From Chrysomallon squamiferum (lineage: Eukaryota; Animalia; Mollusca): a DNA stretch of 64,000 bases. Position numbers and translations under genes: made by a program. The notes beneath the pieces were generated by a model, which had not been told where the DNA came from, ran no database searches, and saw only the letters and a program-made list of their open reading frames with translations. Of this stretch, positions 44,092 to 58,618 are shown one piece after another; the stretch's first letter is position 1; the number at the start of each line of letters is the position of its first letter. The DNA lies in assembly GCA_012295275.1 (NCBI GenBank), contig CM022667.1, positions 8,246,001 through 8,310,000 on the forward strand, written 5' to 3'.

Positions 44092-44598
44092 GAAGATAAA
44101 TAAATAAATAAATAAATGAAATGAAATAAAATAAATAATAAAGACAAATTTTAATTATCAATTTAAGCCATTAAAAGAAACATGAAAAACAAATTAATAA
44201 ATAAATACATTACACATACACAAACATAAACAGGCATATACATACAGACACATATATATAGATACATATATACATATATATACAAACATACATTTACAAA
44301 TACACACACACACATACACACACACAAACAGAAACACACACACAAGCACATACCCCCACACACACATACACACAAGCACACACACACACTCACAAACAAG
44401 CACGATGCGGAGATCAGTTAATTATGCATGAAGGAATTTGTCATCATCACGTTTCGTGGACACAGAAGGGGATTTCCCTTTCGTTACCCAGTGTTCTAAA
44501 ACGAGGCTTTATGGGTGTGTGTGCAGGTGATAAATGACGTCAGTGAAATAATCGAGACAGGTACGCATAAATATATATATATATATACACACACAAAT

Positions 44599-44658
<60 letters not shown>

Positions 44659-44773
44659 CTTGGAGTGCACTAAATAAACTGTTGTGAAATGTTTCAAATA
44701 ATTATTTTCTCAAATGTGGTTGGTAATCGAACAGTTAATTATTTTATTTTATTTACTTTTATTTTATTTTATT

Positions 44774-44832
<59 letters not shown>

Positions 44833-45397
44833 TATACAATTAGGATAAATATTAATAATATGAATTCTTTATGGGGATTGCGGGATACTTTTATGAAGAG
44901 AAGAGGTGAAAATATTTCAAGCATGAATATAAAATAATTTGAATATGAAGATATTTATGAGTTTGTGTGATACTTACAGGAGAGAAACGCAGTGTATTTC
45001 TAGAGTCATTTCCAACATTCAAGTTAATAGAAAAATTTAAACGACAGGTAAATAAAATAAAACAAAACAAAACAAAATAAAATAAAATAAAATAAAATAA
45101 AATAAAATAAAATAAAATAAAATAAATAAAATAAAATAAAATAAAATAAAATAAAATAACAGTGAAACAAAGGCTATCTTACAATATGCAATTATTATTA
45201 TTATATATATATATTTTTTTTATCCAACTCTTATACAGTTTTAGTAAGATTCTCAACAGATTATCAGCAGTTATACTATGTCATACAACAGTTACTTAAC
45301 ACACAAAATATAATGAGAGGAACTCTTGAGCTTTTATATATACTGAAGATACTTGTGTCATTGAATTTGTTCCCAGAGTTGGTGTGTGTGTGTGTGT

Positions 45398-45495
<98 letters not shown>

Positions 45496-45833
45496 ATATG
45501 AAAGTATATGTATATTTATTTTTATCTGTGTATTGTTTGTGCATGTGTTTGTGGATAGACAGACAGACAGACAGGTAGGTAGATAGATATTGATATATAC
45601 ATACGCACATACATACATACATACATACATACATACATACATACATACATACATACTACATACATACATTCATACATACATACATACATAGATACACAGA
45701 AACAAACATACATATTAGAATGGTCTAATAAAATAAAATTTCAAAAAGATTAATTTACTAGATTTTATAACAATCTCTTGTGCAGAAGCATACAGGCATT
45801 TACACACAAATTCACATTCAGTAGCACATGTTT

Positions 45834-45880
<47 letters not shown>

Positions 45881-46901
45881 CTTAGAAGCATTCTGCACAT
45901 ACTTAACAAACAAAAACACGTTCATAATACATACGTACATATTACCTGTTATAAGCTACAACAAAACATTACACGATTAAACTGTGGCTCATAAACGTTA
46001 CACGCGAGTATAAACTTTCCTTTCTGTTTATTGTATACCAGTAAATACTGTGGTAGCCTTGCTTACGTATGACGTTTTAAACAGTATTCAAAAAATATCT
46101 GATGTGTTAGTCTCTTGTGACTGTGACGTCTGCCCATGACCTTATGCTAATCGTTAATCCGCCATTGTACACAAACAACAGACGATCGCTCATTCATATA
46201 AATGAGGTCATCACGTGACTAGTGACGTGTTTCCATCAGTACCATGTACACAGCCATTTACGCTGGTTCTCGACGAAGACAATCGACTGCTGACGTCTTT
46301 GTGACGTATGGCGTAAATAGACTGTTTATTTTTAGAAATAGCTTCTATTTCTGGCCTTCCAGGGGGGTATTCCTGTATCGATTGCCGTTCAAATAGCGTC
46401 ATAACGATAACAGAGCGTAAATAATGCAGAGTAATGGAACTATTTTTTACTTACTTTGTGTACTTTGCTAATGCACATTCTCACTTCTGTTGTCTGTGGT
46501 TACCAAGACAGTTGCTAAGGTGACGAAGTGGTCACTGAACCATATAGTATGTTTTTATGTAGGCCCTAATAACTGTTTTTCTTTTGATTTGATTTTGTAC
46601 GTGCATTTTCAATTTGCGGGTGTGCATTTGTGTCTATCTGCAAGTATATATACATATGCGTATATTGTGTGTGTGTGTGTGTGAGTGTGTGTGTGAGTGT
46701 GTGTTTGTCTGTGTGTACTATTATGTACTTGAGTATTTTCAGGTAATAAAATGATAATTAATGCAATGCTAATTAATATTAATTACGATTCTACTGAATC
46801 AGATACACAGACGTATATAGAAAGAAAATAAACATGTGCAGTATATACACTGAAACGTGTAAGTATATATAGAGATGATTTCTTCTGTAATGTGAGTGTA
46901 A

Positions 46902-46987
<86 letters not shown>

Positions 46988-48575
46988 CAAAGAGACTACA
47001 TGTACTGGTATGGTTTAGTATGTTGTGATATATTAATAAACTATCTACCATTACGTAATTATCTCCGTGTCCGGCAGTCTTTTCGTCTGTCTTTCTTTCT
47101 CACCTGTGAATGGTTTCTTTAATTCATGTTAATGAAATTTATACAAGTAGAAAGAGCGTCATAAATATTTGACTGAATACACTCGACAACGGAGTGCGTA
47201 TTTCTACACATTAATATAAGAGAAAGATAAAAAGCAAAACAAGTAATATTACTGTCCAAAACAAGAGTAAAGGAACAGTTCCTGTGTGTGACATAAAATA
47301 ATGCACTTAACATAAAGCATAGCCCATTGCGATTATTATTTGAATTTTTATTTCTTTACACATAGATCAAAAACCAATAATTAATAATATTAATGATGAA
47401 TGGTTTGCGTTTTACCAGATTGTTTGTTTGTTTATTTATTAATTTTATTTATTTTATTTTATTTTATTTTATGTATATACATATACTCATTTATTTATTT
47501 ATATTTATTTATTTGAATGTATTTTATCAGATCTTTCAATCTTTCATTTCAAATGGTTGTTATTTTAATTCATTAACTAATTGCTGTTGTTTTTGTTGTT
47601 GTTCTTATCATCATCATCATCATCATCATCATCATTATTATCATTAAATACTAAAGGTATTTCGTTTCGGCTTCACTCCTTTTCTGATCACTCAAGCATA
47701 CAGTGCTGCGTGTCAGGTCATGCGGAATCTGCCTCCAAAGTTCCGGTTCACCGAGCATCGACTTCCGTGTAAACATTTCTAGGAAGACGACAATTAAATG
47801 TATTCCAAGAAAAATTCACTTTGACATATATGGGAATAAGTCATTTTTAAAATTTATGACAGATATTTACATATTTTTGATTTTTTGGGGGCGGATTTTA
47901 AATGGTATTTTTTTTTGACACCAGGTGGAAAACTACTCGAAGCTGCACTAGTACAAAAAAATTATTTATACCCCGTAATTTCTTTGTGGAAAGTTACCAG
48001 TAGAAATTTTAAAAAAAATCCAGTTGTTTGCTTTCTAATCTAAATATTAAACTTATAAAGCCTCCCGGATATAGAAACAGGTAATAATAATAACAATAAT
48101 AATAATAACAATACAGATAATAATAAAATCAAAATGAAAAAAAAAAAAAAAAAAATAATAATAATAAAAAAGAAAATAAAAAACGAAAGATAAAAGAAAA
48201 AATAAAAAAATAATGAAGAAGAAATAATGTAAGTAAAATAAAGTAATTAAGAAATGATTAAAAAGAAATTTCAAAACTGAAGAAGGAAAAACAAACTGGC
48301 TTGTTTGTATGGTTTGGTTTTGCACATGCGTGTACGTGGAGTGTACTGTGTCTGTATCTGTGCGTGTGTGCACGTGTGTGTGATCAAAGTATTTGTCTCT
48401 CGGTGTATTTGAGACGTCACAGGTTTGTTTAAAATGGGGAGCAGTCTGAAGCTGTGTGGAATAAAATCGAGCTGCTGACGAGAAGATGGATGTTTCGCAG
48501 AATAAATTCTTTTTGATACATCCAGCGGTTCTTTATTTTGTCTTTTGGGTCTCTTTTCCTTTTATGTTCCAAACT

Positions 48576-48625
<50 letters not shown>

Positions 48626-48840
48626 GAAAGAAAAGAAGAAGAAGAAAATGAAGAAGAAAACAAAACAAAACAAAACAATCTAGACTAGATTACTTGGTGA
48701 ATAATGGTAATAACCGAAGCTGAACATAAACAGAATTCTGTTATACATTATTATAAGAAATTACACATATATTAAACGTATATACAAACATTTATAATTT
48801 CTTCTTCTTCTTCTTTTTTTTTTATCACTATCTCTCTTTT

Positions 48841-48871
<31 letters not shown>

Positions 48872-50119
48872 TAGCCGCACATATATCTAGAACATATTTC
48901 TAATATCAGTGACTAGATTTTTCCAGTCAGACTTGACTCTATAACTGCTTAGTTTGTTTTAATCATTTAGTGTGACAGTTTTTTTAAAAACAAGTCCTTA
49001 CTGACGAATTAATTAAAGAGGATTAACAAGAAACAAACTGCAGCTTCAAACACCGTTCTTTAGCAGATGATAGCAAAAGTGGTAGAAGTGGATTAGACAG
49101 ATTATCTCGACTGGGATAGTATAATATCAGTTAAGTTCTTTACTGACGTCCAGCTGTACAGCTCATCTCTATAAGCAAGATAACAATACATGTATAAAGG
49201 AAAATACAAGCAAACAATACATAAACATTTAAAAAATACAGTTTCCCATATCAAAACATATATTTCTAGGGGTAGCTTATACCAGGGGAAAATACCCTAG
49301 AATCATTAATGTCATATATGAAAACTAAGGTGGGGGGTGATTTACTGGGAGAGAATTATACCGGGAGGGAGGTGTCCTAGTATCATCTGTTATTAGGACG
49401 AAAGTGAGGATTCCGTCCCAGCAGCCAACTCGTATAAGGTATTTGTTTATCAGTGTCACGGATATCGGCTACACATCGCCAGGGTATTTTCGTCCATATC
49501 ACATAATACTCGCCTCGACTGTCATACAGTCTGATATGCCCACCAGTAAGTTTCAATCAGTCGTGATTCATAAATAAAGGGGACATTTCTCCACAGACTC
49601 TTTCTGACGGATTTGACGATAGGATGTCACAGTACAGGGCAACAAATTTTTTCTGGGTACTCAGTTTGTATGGGATATTTCGCATGACTAACACCTGACC
49701 TTAATGAAACAACCACCCTCATCATCACGTCTTTGAAAATAATTATCTTCAAAATATAATTTAAACGAAATCGAAATCAAAATCTAATTACGCAAAACCT
49801 ATTTTAATTTACATTAATATTTATATTAGTGCACATAAGTTCAGGTTCATTATAATTAGGACGCTACCAACTCAGTCTTTAAAGGTAGTTGAAATATTGT
49901 TATAAAATGTTTTTTTTCTCTGAATTTTGTGAGCGTTTTAAATTTTCATTTGTTAATAACGGCATGTATAACCTAATTTATTATGATGCTTGAAAATAAA
50001 ATTGAAAAGATTACTTTTATTAGGTTTTTTTAAAGTTCTTTAATATACATCATTGTAAAAATAGAAACAAAAATAAAATAAAATGCAGTTATTAGTATAA
50101 AACTTCTTGGTATAATTAT

Positions 50120-50284
50120 AATTTAATCGAGTCGTCATAAAAGTTTTTATTAAATATATTTTCTTCTTCTTTGATGGGAATCAAAAGAATACTATTTCTA
50201 ATCTTAATAATAATTATATTACTTTTTTTGGTTTTTTAATCGCGAATTAAAGACTGAATTAAAAATAATTTCACACACACACAC
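50120..50284 (-). repeat. Dispersed repeat, copy 2
   Basis: CTTCTTCTTTGATGGGAATCAAAAGAATACTATTTCTAATCTTAATAATAA...CGCGAATTAAAGACTGAA. Confidence 0.85.
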
Positions 50285-50419
50285 AGTTTTTTTGCAACCA
50301 CCGAAACCAGTCTAAACAACTACCGAAACCAGTCTTTGCTAGCAAAGTTTGTCGAAAATTCAGTTTTTAAAAACAAAACATAAAAAATAAAATGCTTGTA
50401 TTTTTAAAGTATACAGTTT

Positions 50420-50646
50420 TGTCACCGGACAAAAGTTTGGATAACTGACAGATGTTAAGACATGTAAATCTAAATCAGTATCAGTCACCGATCCAAATCT
50501 TTTTCCGGTGAACTCTTTTAAAACTTGAAAACATGTAAATAACGGAAGCAGAACGCATGCATGTAGTCGGCTGTTTTATTATTCAATTTTCTGTTTTATT
50601 TTTAAGGCGTTTTGCAAATTTTTCTTATTTTGTATGATTAGTAAGT
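50420..50646 (+). promoter_or_regulatory. Probable promoter and non-coding first exon of CLPTM1L
   Basis: CpG-containing stretch with an ETS-like CGGAAG at 50543, donor |GTAAGT at 50641 and an acceptor at 51241-51242 just before the ATG exon. Confidence 0.5.
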
Positions 50647-51262
50647 ACATTATAATTTATTTGTTTTTCGATTTACAATTATATTACAAAGTATTTTATT
50701 CATAACAAACATTTAAATGTTTTTTTTAAATTTATAATGGAACGATCGGACTCCGACTCGTCTAGTGGCCGAGTAAATAAACTTAATAAATTACATACAA
50801 AAGCAACATGCATAAATTCAGCTATACATACTGACATAGGCCATGTTCGTAAGTACTAACAAAAATATAATCTTGCAGTTTTAACTTTAGATCTACGCCT
50901 TTTCCCAGTTTTCGCTTTTGTCTTGTTTAGTTGTTAACACAATAACTTGAATAAGTGAATAACAATTAACAATTTAAAAAAAATAATTTACCATGTTTGT
51001 TGTTCTGCTGAAAGTAACTTTGTTGTATCTAATCAACAATAATTATTATTTTTATTTTTATTTTATTTTATTTTTATTATTATTATTTTTTCATCATTTA
51101 TAAGTTAGCAATCGTTCAGAGAAAATCAGGGTTGCAAATGCACCAGATATTAACTACTGACATTAATTTTTGAATATTTATATAGCTTATAAAAGGAAAA
51201 ATTATACCCAGATTTATCAATATTTGTTTGTTTTTTTTGTAGACTATTTCTGCTGTTAAGAC

Positions 51263-51599
51263 ATGATAAAGTTTTCATGGACACTGGGCATAGCTGTTTT
51301 GTTTATTGGGTACATGGGGCATTCTTTGTGGGTCATATACACAATCTTTTCACCAACCCCATGTGTATCATCAGAGTCAGGATTCTGCATTCAGCCATAT
51401 CTTTTGAAAAACCCTGACCTGCAAGTGAGTATATTCAGTTACATTAATTAAATTAATATATTTGTTAAAACTCACCAGTTATGCTCTTTCTTTTTTATTC
51501 TTGTTGTTAATATATAAACAATTTTGCTATTTTATTTTATTATTATTTAATTTTATTATAATTCAAAAATAACACATTTTGAATATTAATAGTTTTGTA

Positions 51600-51663
<64 letters not shown>

Positions 51664-52060
51664 AAAACTTTTGTATTTGATCAGCTTCAGGTTTTCACTT
51701 CACTAAAGGAGACAGATAATTTAAGCCCAAGAGATCGTAGTTTAGTCTGGAGATATGACAACTTCACTTTAAAGGAAACTGTTGAAAGGTCTGTATAGTA
51801 GAATAATGTTTTCAATATCCATACAAGTTGTACAGCTGGCTAACTTATAATTTTCAGTTTACAAATTTCATCATTTTCTCAAATGATGTTTGCTATGAAA
51901 GATTTTAAAGCTTTAAAATCTTTATAGCCAGATTATATAATGCATCATTTTTCTTTTTAAATTCGTTAACAAAAATATTTTGAACTGAGAGAATGTTTTA
52001 AAATATAAAATACTTTAGAAAGATAACAGATAAAAAATAGATTTATAAATTACTTTTGTT

Positions 52061-52095
<35 letters not shown>

Positions 52096-55000
52096 TAAAC
52101 ATTTTTTTCAGGACTTTCAATGTTTCAATTCCAATGAAAACCAGGAAGAATGGAACACTGTTTTTACATGTTTATGTTCATCCGAAAGGTCATGACCTCA
52201 CGAGCCAGTACACTTCTCATACAATCGCCAAAATTACCACGTATGCCTACCCTAAAGCTGAATTTATTAACCTGCTTGGTGAGACAAAGACTCCTGACGT
52301 AAGTAAAGTATAATATTTTTCACTTTCATAAAAATTACATGTGAAATAATAAAAAATTTTATGGTTCTGTCATACCAATAAAATTAGTACTTTTGTTTTG
52401 TTTTTTACTTTCTTTTTAAAAACTAAATTTACTTTATAAAAATATTTCCTGCTCCTGTATCTTTGATACTCTGTCTTTTATCTCTTTCTTTACAGAGAAT
52501 GAACCTAGAAACTTGTCTGCAACTAAATACCTTGATCTTACTAACTGTAATTCAAAATGATTGCCACATAAATAGTTTTATCTTCTTTTGTTGAATCAGA
52601 TAAAGATATTTATTCTTTCCTATAAATTCCAGTCACATTTACTCATTATCTTAAGAAATTTTTATTTTATTTTTCATTCAAGAACAAAACTAAACCAGAT
52701 TCAGACAAAATGATTTCTCACTGGCGACAGAAAGTGTGTATCAGTGTGATGGACGATTTGATAGCATTTGAAAGAAAAGCAATTCCAGGAGAAATCTATC
52801 GATATCTCAGGTACATTTTCCTTCATTTTATTGTTTCATTTATGTCAATTATTAATAGATTACAGTATTCCTATTTGACAAGCAGTTAAACTTACTGCAG
52901 TTTTTATATATTTCCATGTCATTTGTAAGTTATTTATTTATTATAAACTGAGGTGCAAATAATCATCTTTTAAAATTTGTTTTGCAGATTGTCACCAGAC
53001 GGGAGTTATCTGCCCATGGTGTTTATTGATGAAATGGCTTTTAGAATGAGAGACTTGTTGGTATGTTTCAACACATTACTACAAACATATCATATAAACA
53101 TACATTTGATTTATTTTGTGTTTATTTTTTTAAATTCTTTTTTCGTTTTATATAAAAAAATTTAAAAAAGTATTTATTTATTTATTTATTTATTACAGGT
53201 TATAGGAATTAGAATTTAGTTTTAATTAAGTACTGTTATAAAAAAATATTTGTTTCATGATTGTCGATAGCTTTTGAATGTATTTAATATCACTTTTTCA
53301 TCATGTTCCTTGTTTCAGCCAATCAACACAAGCTCAGTGCAGTTGCCACTGACGATTTCGTATTCACCGATTTCAGTTGGAAAGCTACGTATGTGGACAA
53401 ACTTTCTCGAGTCCTTCAAGATGCTTAAAAATCTTGGTAAGAATTCATCAGTTTTCAAATTTGGTTTGTCTTGTATTTTTTTTCTTCTTAAAACCTCTTT
53501 TTTTTTTAGATATTTGATATTTACTGATATTTTAACTGAATATAAAAAGAAGATAAAAAATTAATAGAATGCCTGTAAACACACATTTTCTGTACAAATT
53601 TGTCTTTTGTTTCAGGTTTCACAGAGAAAGACACGGATGAGATTAAAGGAATATTCGCTGACACAAATTTCTACTTTCTCCTCCTCACTTTTGCTGTGGC
53701 TGCTTTTCATGTATGTTTTGAAAATAATTAATTTCTTATTTTATTTTAGTTATTTATTTATTTTTATAAATTGGCATTGGGTGCAGTTATCTTTTATATC
53801 GTTTTTAAAATGTATAGATTTAAATAAAACCGAAAATGTACAAAACATTTCTATCAATTATAAATAAATAAACAATCTATTTTCTCATGTATGTGTTACA
53901 TTCTGTAATGTTTTAAACACATTTTATTTAAATTGCTTTTATTATAATTTCTGACATTCTCGTACAAACAGATGGTTATTTGGATGGCATCTTATTTATA
54001 TAAGGCTTCACCATTCATGTTCTATTTCAAACTTTTATATATCTTTTAAATCATCACAATCAAAATAAAAGAAAACAAATTTCTTTTGCAGCTTTTGTTT
54101 GATTTTCTGGCCTTTAAGAATGAAATTACTTACTGGAAACATCGCAAAACAATGGTTGGTTTGTCTACAAGAGCAGGTAGATAACACTTAGTTCATTGGT
54201 GAAGTTCAAACAGCAGTCATGATAGCGTTATTTTTCTTCAGTACATTAATGAGTAACATATTTTATATGTCGTAACTGTAATCATCAAAATCTGTCATTG
54301 ACATTTAATAGTTTGCAAAGAAAGTAATTACTGTAAAGGAATGGTAGGTACTTACATATACTATTTTTGACTATTTATTTTACTTTTCGTATACTTTTTT
54401 CTCCTTGTTTATAACTCATACTTTTTAATTTCATTTGTATATTTCTTTATTTCTTTACTGTTTAATTTTAAGTTTATTTATTTAATATTTAGATTGATTT
54501 ATTTATTTTTTTAGTTATTTATGTTAAATAATTATATTGTTGTAATATTATATACTTGTGTTTCAGTTATATGGAGATGTGTGTCAACTGTGATCATATT
54601 TTTTTATCTGATGGATGAAAAAACGAGTTTGCTTGTTCTTATCCCAGCAGGAATTGGTGCCATTATCGAGGTTGTGCCATATTTTTTTCTTTCTTTCTTT
54701 GATCATTTCATACAGCATTTTGTTTTTAATTTCTTCTACAGTTTTAAACTTTTTATAATTTACATTGATTCTATTTTGTTAGACAACTGAAGATATGTAA
54801 ATCGTCTAGGGAGTATTTAAAAAAAATCTAATTCTGTTTCATGTCATGTTGTGCATTGTGGGACGTCAACTACTTTTCTGTTTTGTTTTAAAAACTTGAC
54901 ATTCTTTATATCATACCATCAGAAAAAATATGTAACGAATGTTAATTTTTAATCTCTTTTCATCACTTTCATTTTGCTAGGTGTGGAAAGTGAAAAAAGC

Positions 55001-58000
55001 TCTTAAAGTCTCTGTGTCATGGATCAGTGGCTTTCTACCTAAATTTAAAGTGAGTTTATATTATGTGTGTGTGTGAGTGCGTGTATGTGTATGTGAGTGC
55101 GTGTGTGCATGCATGCGTGCATTAAACCCATTCATAGCTGTGAGTACAGAGATGGAAAGAAACATAAATCCACTGGATTCATCTGACAAGTTTAAATCTA
55201 GAGAATAGATTCTCAAAAGAATCATGCATCTTAGTCTACATTTGTCTTAAAAAGTCAAGTACAGCTGTTTGCCCTTGGAGGAATTATTAGTGTTGTTATT
55301 ACTGTTGATGTTGTTGTTCTAAAAGAAAGGTAGTTCCATGTTATTATTCATAACAGTGTCTGCCTGTTGCATAATTATGTTGTTTGTTGTGTTATGTTGC
55401 ATATATAAGAATTTTTTTCTCACAAATTAGACATTTTACTAGTCTGTCAAACATATTTGTCTTTTTCTGTGTTTTCAGTTTGCGCCACATTCCACAGAGG
55501 AGAAAGAGACAGAAGCCTTTGATTCAGAGGTGAAATAAAAAGTCACAACAGACAAAATTTTCAAAGTGTTTAAATCTTTAATATTGCTTTTGTTTTTAAT
55601 ATTGCCTTAAAACAAATACAGATTTTTTTCCCTTGTTCTTGAAATTTTATTAATTGTATGTTAAAGTAGAAATTATGTGACAAAATTTTACTTTATTTTC
55701 AGCATTAAATTAATAATAAAGTACAAATTATTTGACATGATTTTAATTTATTTTAGTATTTTATTAAACATGATTTCAGATGCAGTATAATGTTAATACT
55801 AAAATATATTTTATTAAACAATATTCCAATTTCAGTATAATAATAATACAGTTTAAATTAATTGTGTAATTAATTTTCAGGCAATGAAGTATTTATCTTA
55901 CTTGCTGTATCCCCTGTGTCTGGCCGGTGCAGTGTACTCACTTCTCTATGTACAGCACAAAAGGTGAGAAATTTAACATCTTTATTTCAACAGCAAAATA
56001 TTTATTTAAAAGTTACTGTAGTCATACTGATAAAAAAAAGGGTTTATTAAACAAAAGTTACATATACATGATTATATATTTTACATAATTACATTTCAAA
56101 TGTTTATTTAATAGTTAGAAATATATTTATTAAATTAAATTTATATAACTTTATTATTATTATTATTTTTATTATTATTTTTACATTTTACCTATTTATA
56201 CTTAAAATATTTTTATTTTTCAGTTAAAGGTTCATTTTAATATTTGTATTTAAACAACAACAAAAAATCTTAACTTAACAGTTAATTTATGTAGAATTAT
56301 TAATTTAAAAAAAATCTTTATTGAACAAAAGTGTGATAACTTTATTACTTTACTTGTTCCATAATTATATCTAAAATATTTATTTAAATACAATGTATGT
56401 AATATATATTGATTATAAAACATACTTATTAAACAAAATTTAGATAATTTTATAGTTACATTTACATAATTATTTTTTAAATATTTTTATTTTGTAGTTG
56501 GTATTCATGGTTTTTACAAAGTCTTGTAAATGGTAAGTTATTTTTGATTCATAAAAATCTGTCCATTTATTTTTTACATGTAAATGTTTGCCATTTTCTG
56601 CATTATGTAGTTCTAATTTTTGATAGTTTACTGTTTGTGCTTTTTAATTCTTAAAGCTGAACAATCTGAATATTAAAACATTTACAATGTTGAAGAATTA
56701 TCAGCAGTGTATGGTTAGTGGCTCAATGCTGACACAAGCTGGAAGCATATTCACCAGTGCAACCTCTTAAAATGCAGAAATAAATATTACTTACATTCTC
56801 AGAAATCAAACCATGTGCAAAACTCTTTCAATTTCCTATTCATATCATCAGGGTTGTTATTCTTACTGTTTTATCATCTGCATTATTTTTATTGATATTT
56901 TATTTATATTATTGTTATAAATTATATATTTTTTAATTATTACTGTTCCTATACTTATTATTATTATAGTTATTGTTGATGTTATTATTATTACTATTCT
57001 TCTTATTATTACAACTACTACTCCAATTATTATTATTATTGTTATTATTATTGTTATTATTATTGTTATTATTGTTGTTATTGATGATTAATTTTCAGGT
57101 ATTTATGCTTTGGGATTCCTGTTTATGCTACCTCAGTTGTTTGTTAACTATAAGGTAAATTCTGTTAAACTTTTCCACTTTTATTTGCAATAAATTATTT
57201 AAATATATACTTTAATATAATTTGGAATCAATAAGAATTTTATTGTTCAAGTTATTTATTTTATTTTTAAAATGTAAACAACCAACAATATTTAGGAAAA
57301 TATACAAGATTTTAATCTAGAAATGTGATGACAGTTTTGAGTATCTTAGAAGTTAGTTCAAGATATTGCACATTATTTTATTCTCCCTTTTTTTAAAAAA
57401 GTTTTTTGATCTTGAAATGTGTAATATTAAGAAATGTTTAAAAAATAATATGTTTTTTCTTTTTTTTTGAAATCTGTTGTTTGTATTTGTTAGTGGAAGG
57501 TAATGAATTGATAAATGTATTTCTCATTTGTGACAAGTGATACTGCAAAAATGCAGTCAGTTTTGTGATCTCTTCTAGGAGTAGACTGTTTGGCTACTTA
57601 ATGCTCGTCATTCTTTTCTAATTCATTATTTACGGACCCAACAAGACTGAAAGTGCCAACAGTATATTAAGATTGTTCTTTCTATATCATAATGTACATT
57701 CTCTTAATAATAATTTACCTTTTGTTTTATTTTATTTTTTTAAACTTATTTATTTTTTTTTTTTTTTTTTCACAGTTGAAATCTGTTGCTCATTTGCCTT
57801 GGAGACCTTTTATGTACAAGGTAAGTAAATGTATATGAAATAAGAATGTTAGTGTTTGTTATTATTTAATAATTTTAGCATTATTTATGTCATATCTTTT
57901 TGTTGTTAAATCTTTTGTGTGATTTCTTGATAAATTTGTATATATTAGTTAATATTGCAAAATCAGATATGAAAATTATTATTTTAATTATTATCTGATA

Positions 58001-58618
58001 TTCAAGTTTATTGTTTCAAGTCTTTTAGGCAAAAATACAATTTAAAAAACCCAAACAAGACAAAAAAATTATTTAATATTTAATTTTTATTATTATTTTT
58101 TTTTTCAGGCCTTTAACACATTTATTGATGATGTATTTGCCTTCATTATTACCATGCCAACAGCACATCGATTAGCATGTTTCCGTGACGATGTTGTTTT
58201 TATAATCTATCTGTATCAACGATGGTAAGCCATTTTATTATTTATTATTATATACTTTTTTTTTGTAAAATACATTTATGAAGATTTCTTTTTTAAGAAG
58301 TTTTTTGAGAAATGTTGAACAAATATTGTGATACTTACTTTTTAAAATGAAATAAAAATAGGAAAATAATATGAAGTGTTTACTCCTCTGATGATTAAAT
58401 ATTTTCTGTTTCATAACTTTCTGATATTTGTGCCTTGCATGAAAATGAATTAATGTGAAAATAAACAAGTTAATAAGGATTAATTTTTATTAACAAATTA
58501 ATTTTGTAGTAATATATATATTTTTATAATTGTTTTTTTCAGGTTGTACCCTGTAGATAAGAAGCGAGTCAATGAATTTGGACAGTCATTTGAAGAGGAG
58601 ACAAAGAAAACAAAATAA
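51263..58618 (+). CDS. CLPTM1L: Cleft lip and palate transmembrane protein 1-like (ER lipid scramblase)
   Basis: 17 in-phase GT-AG coding exons: 51263-51424, 51685-51788, 52112-52298, 52683-52810, 52988-53060, 53319-53436, 53616-53710, 54092-54176, 54567-54670, 54981-55049, 55479-55529, 55881-55963, 56498-56532, 57099-57154, 57776-57820, 58109-58224, 58543-58618. Motifs [97 protein letters not shown]. Confidence 0.97.

Noticed and set aside
49265-49385. GGGGTAGCTTATACCAGGGGAAAATAC resembles a pogo-like MITE end
   Set aside because: No matching opposite terminus or target-site duplication found; too degenerate to call.
56700-56770. Weak tRNA- or SINE-like stretch in a CLPTM1L intron
   Set aside because: No convincing B box or cloverleaf.
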